Assembly (NCBI GenBank): GCA_031441465.1
Contig: JANOEP010000009.1
Coordinates: forward strand, 96,001-160,000
From: a bacterium
GTDB lineage: Bacteria > Krumholzibacteriota > Krumholzibacteriia > LZORAL124-64-63
DNA: 64,000 nt
Direction: 5' to 3'
Shown here in pieces: positions 62,044-64,000 of the stretch. A program made the position numbers and the translations under genes. How positions within the stretch are numbered: the first letter of the stretch is position 1; each line of letters begins with the position of its first letter. The notes below the pieces were generated by a model, which saw only the letters and a list, made by a program, of their open reading frames with translations, was not told the origin of the DNA and made no database searches.

Positions 62044-62414
62044 TCGTCGGCCCCGCCAGCCCGGATGTGCAGTTCCTTGATCTCGCTGCGCAGCTTCAGG
62101 ATGTGCCGCACGTTGTACCAGAGGCACAGCAGGGACACCAGGATCACGCCCACGCCGACGGCCGTGATCGTCCCGGACGGCGCGCCGACGAGGCCGCGCC
62201 GGGTGAAGATCTTCACCAGCTGCTGCGTGCGCAGGATGAGGAAGACGAACCCGACGTCAAGCGCCAGCAGCGCCAGGCACTGGATCACGAACAGCTTCAC
62301 CTGGTCGGTGCAGACCTGGTAGCGCCAGGCCACGTACTCGAAGGAGTCGTCGAAGTACTGGTGCCCCAGGGCCGTTTCCGGGCGAAACCATCGGGCGATC
62401 ATGTGCTTGAACAT
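62040..62414 (-). CDS. Small two-TM hypothetical membrane protein
   Basis: AGGAG RBS, then MFKHMIARWF...; two hydrophobic segments; fills the gap within the operon. Confidence 0.7.
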   Translation of the reverse strand: MFKHMIARWFRPETALGHQYFDDSFEYVAWRYQVCTDQVKLFVIQCLALLALDVGFVFLILRTQQLVKIFTRRGLVGAPSGTITAVGVGVILVSLLCLWYNVRHILKLRSEIKELHIRAGGADE

Positions 62415-62467
62415 CGTTACATCTCCTGATGAGCGGACGTCGCGGCCGCTTGTGCGGTTCGACCGTG

Positions 62468-63226
62468 TCAGTGCAACTTGAATCTCAACGGGATCGCCAC
62501 CCAGACCGCGACCGGCCGGTTGTTCTGCGAGGCGGGGCGGAACATGGCGGTCATGGCCGCGGCGATCGCCGCCTTGTGCAGCTGCGACGGCCCCTCGACC
62601 ACCTTCGTCTCGACCACGCGGCCGTCCTTGCTCACGAGAACGTTGACGACGACCGTGCCCTCGATGCCGGCCAGACGCGCCATCTCCGGGTACTCGGGCT
62701 GCTTCATGCTCAGCTTGACCGGCAGCACGTTGACCGGGGCCGCCACCTGGGTCTCGGTGGTGGTTTCGGTCCGGGTCACGCCGCCCACGACCATGGTGCC
62801 GTCCATGTCGCCGAGGTCGGTCGCGGTGATCGCGGAGAGCACCTGATCGATCTCCTGCTGGGTCATGATGGTCTGCTCGCTGGCCAGTTCGTCGGGCACC
62901 GCCTCGGGCACCGCGATGGTCTGGGTCGAGGCCATGGCCACCTGCTGGCCGGCGGCGCCGGCGCGGTCGATCGACGGCGGCACGCCGAGCTCGGTGTAGC
63001 GGACGATGTTCACCTGGCGGTCGCCCGTCACCTCGGGCACGCGGTTGATCAGCCACTGCCAGTACAGGAAGGCCGAGATCCCGATGAGCAGCGCCACGCC
63101 CGCCGACCACAGGACGTAGCGCATCGCCTCCTTCTCCAGCGGATGCTTGGCGCCGGAAATCGGGAACTGCGTCACCCCGACCAGGGAGTACGCCCAGCGG
63201 ATGTGCAACGGGTCCCGGTTCCTCAT
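62468..63226 (-). CDS. tonB: Energy transducer TonB
   Basis: N-terminal TM; C-terminal PEYPEMARLAGIEGTVVVNVLVSKDGRV...FRPASQNNRPV..AIPLRFKL. Confidence 0.9.
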   Translation of the reverse strand: MRNRDPLHIRWAYSLVGVTQFPISGAKHPLEKEAMRYVLWSAGVALLIGISAFLYWQWLINRVPEVTGDRQVNIVRYTELGVPPSIDRAGAAGQQVAMASTQTIAVPEAVPDELASEQTIMTQQEIDQVLSAITATDLGDMDGTMVVGGVTRTETTTETQVAAPVNVLPVKLSMKQPEYPEMARLAGIEGTVVVNVLVSKDGRVVETKVVEGPSQLHKAAIAAAMTAMFRPASQNNRPVAVWVAIPLRFKLH

Positions 63227-63729
63227 GGCGTCTCTCCCGTGACCCACGCGTCGGCCGGCGTCATCTGCACCAGGCTGAACCTGGTCATGTGCGCATCGTC
63301 GAGCACGTCCATCATGTCCACCATGCGCTCGTAACGGACTTCGGGGTCGATCTTCACCAGGATGATCAGCTTGTCGTTGGCCTCCATGCCGCGGCGCATG
63401 GACGACTCGAGCTCGTTCCAGGCGATCGGCAGCACGGGGCCCTTGGCGGTCCGGGTCAGGATCCGCTGGTCGTCCAGGACGTACAGCGTCATCACGTTGG
63501 ACTCCGGAACCAGGATCTTGGCGCCCGGCTCCGGCATGTTGATCTCCATGGCCAGCGGACGGCGGAAAACGGTCGTCACCATGAAGAAGATCAGCAGCAG
63601 GAAGGCCACGTCGACCATGGGCGTCATGTCCATGGCGATGCCTGTCCGGTGCGGACCTTCCGACTTCCTCTCGTCGGGATCCTTCTGGGCTCCGCCCTTC
63701 GGCTTGACCTTGACAACGATCTCACCCAT
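63223..63729 (-). CDS. exbD: Biopolymer transporter ExbD
   Basis: DMTPMVDVAFLLLIFFMVTT; ILVKID..YERMVDMMD. Confidence 0.93.
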   Translation of the reverse strand: MGEIVVKVKPKGGAQKDPDERKSEGPHRTGIAMDMTPMVDVAFLLLIFFMVTTVFRRPLAMEINMPEPGAKILVPESNVMTLYVLDDQRILTRTAKGPVLPIAWNELESSMRRGMEANDKLIILVKIDPEVRYERMVDMMDVLDDAHMTRFSLVQMTPADAWVTGETP

Positions 63730-64000
63730 GACTACCGCCCGCCGCGGGGGCCTCGCCGGCCCCTTTTTCGCTCTTGATGTCGGTCATGAGGTTGAAGCGG
63801 ATCGCCTTCGCCTCGGCAAGCTGGTTCATCAGCGCGTTCATCAGGCCGAACTTCGCGTCCTTGTCGCCCTTAACGATGATCACGGCGCTGGGATTCTGGC
63901 TGCGCCAGGCCACCACGGCCTCGACCACCTGGTCCACGGGCACCTCCTGGATGTCCCGGGCGCTCTCGCTGGAGATGAAGACCCGACCCTCGCCGTTCAG
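63722..64000 (-). CDS. exbD: Second ExbD/TolR, 3' part only (starts beyond the window)
   Basis: Open frame to the window edge; AVIIVKGDKDAKFGLMNALMNQL is the ExbD periplasmic motif. Confidence 0.82.
   Translation of the reverse strand: MNGEGRVFISSESARDIQEVPVDQVVEAVVAWRSQNPSAVIIVKGDKDAKFGLMNALMNQLAEAKAIRFNLMTDIKSEKGAGEAPAAGGSHG

Overview
A ~70% GC bacterial chromosomal segment with about 40 genuine CDSs. I saw no rRNA, tRNA, CRISPR array or transposase. Gene content suggests an FCB-superphylum lineage such as Ca. Krumholzibacteriota/Latescibacterota (inference): five secreted proteins end in a PNPFN..WDG..SG.Y FlgD-Ig/T9SS-like C-terminal domain, one ends in a WGxVKxLY tail, and there is a PorV-like barrel and an exbD-exbD-tonB-PstS-like cluster. 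Main blocks in order: MerR + VIT-domain gene pair; a translationally coupled operon of a ~3070-aa DUF11-repeat surface protein, a PorV-like/TPR protein and a HAMP/HD-GYP phosphodiesterase; housekeeping genes (glnS, bcp, xth, an RluA-family enzyme, an acyl-CoA thioesterase); two small secreted Cys-rich proteins; a tandem duplication of an Omp28-like transcription unit; many exported peptidases (S9, two tricorn S41, M3B, S8); a two-subunit RND pump; an HNH endonuclease; and a polyamine gene set (speA, speB, a deoxyhypusine-synthase-like gene, a membrane-fused spermidine-synthase-like gene). The best candidates for an undescribed system are (i) the giant adhesin/PorV-TPR/HD-GYP operon, a possible c-di-GMP-linked T9SS-like adhesion module, and (ii) a hyper-acidic short ORF whose stop overlaps the speB start, a possible polyamine/Mg-sensing leader. 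All functional calls come from motif recognition by eye; no database searches were run.
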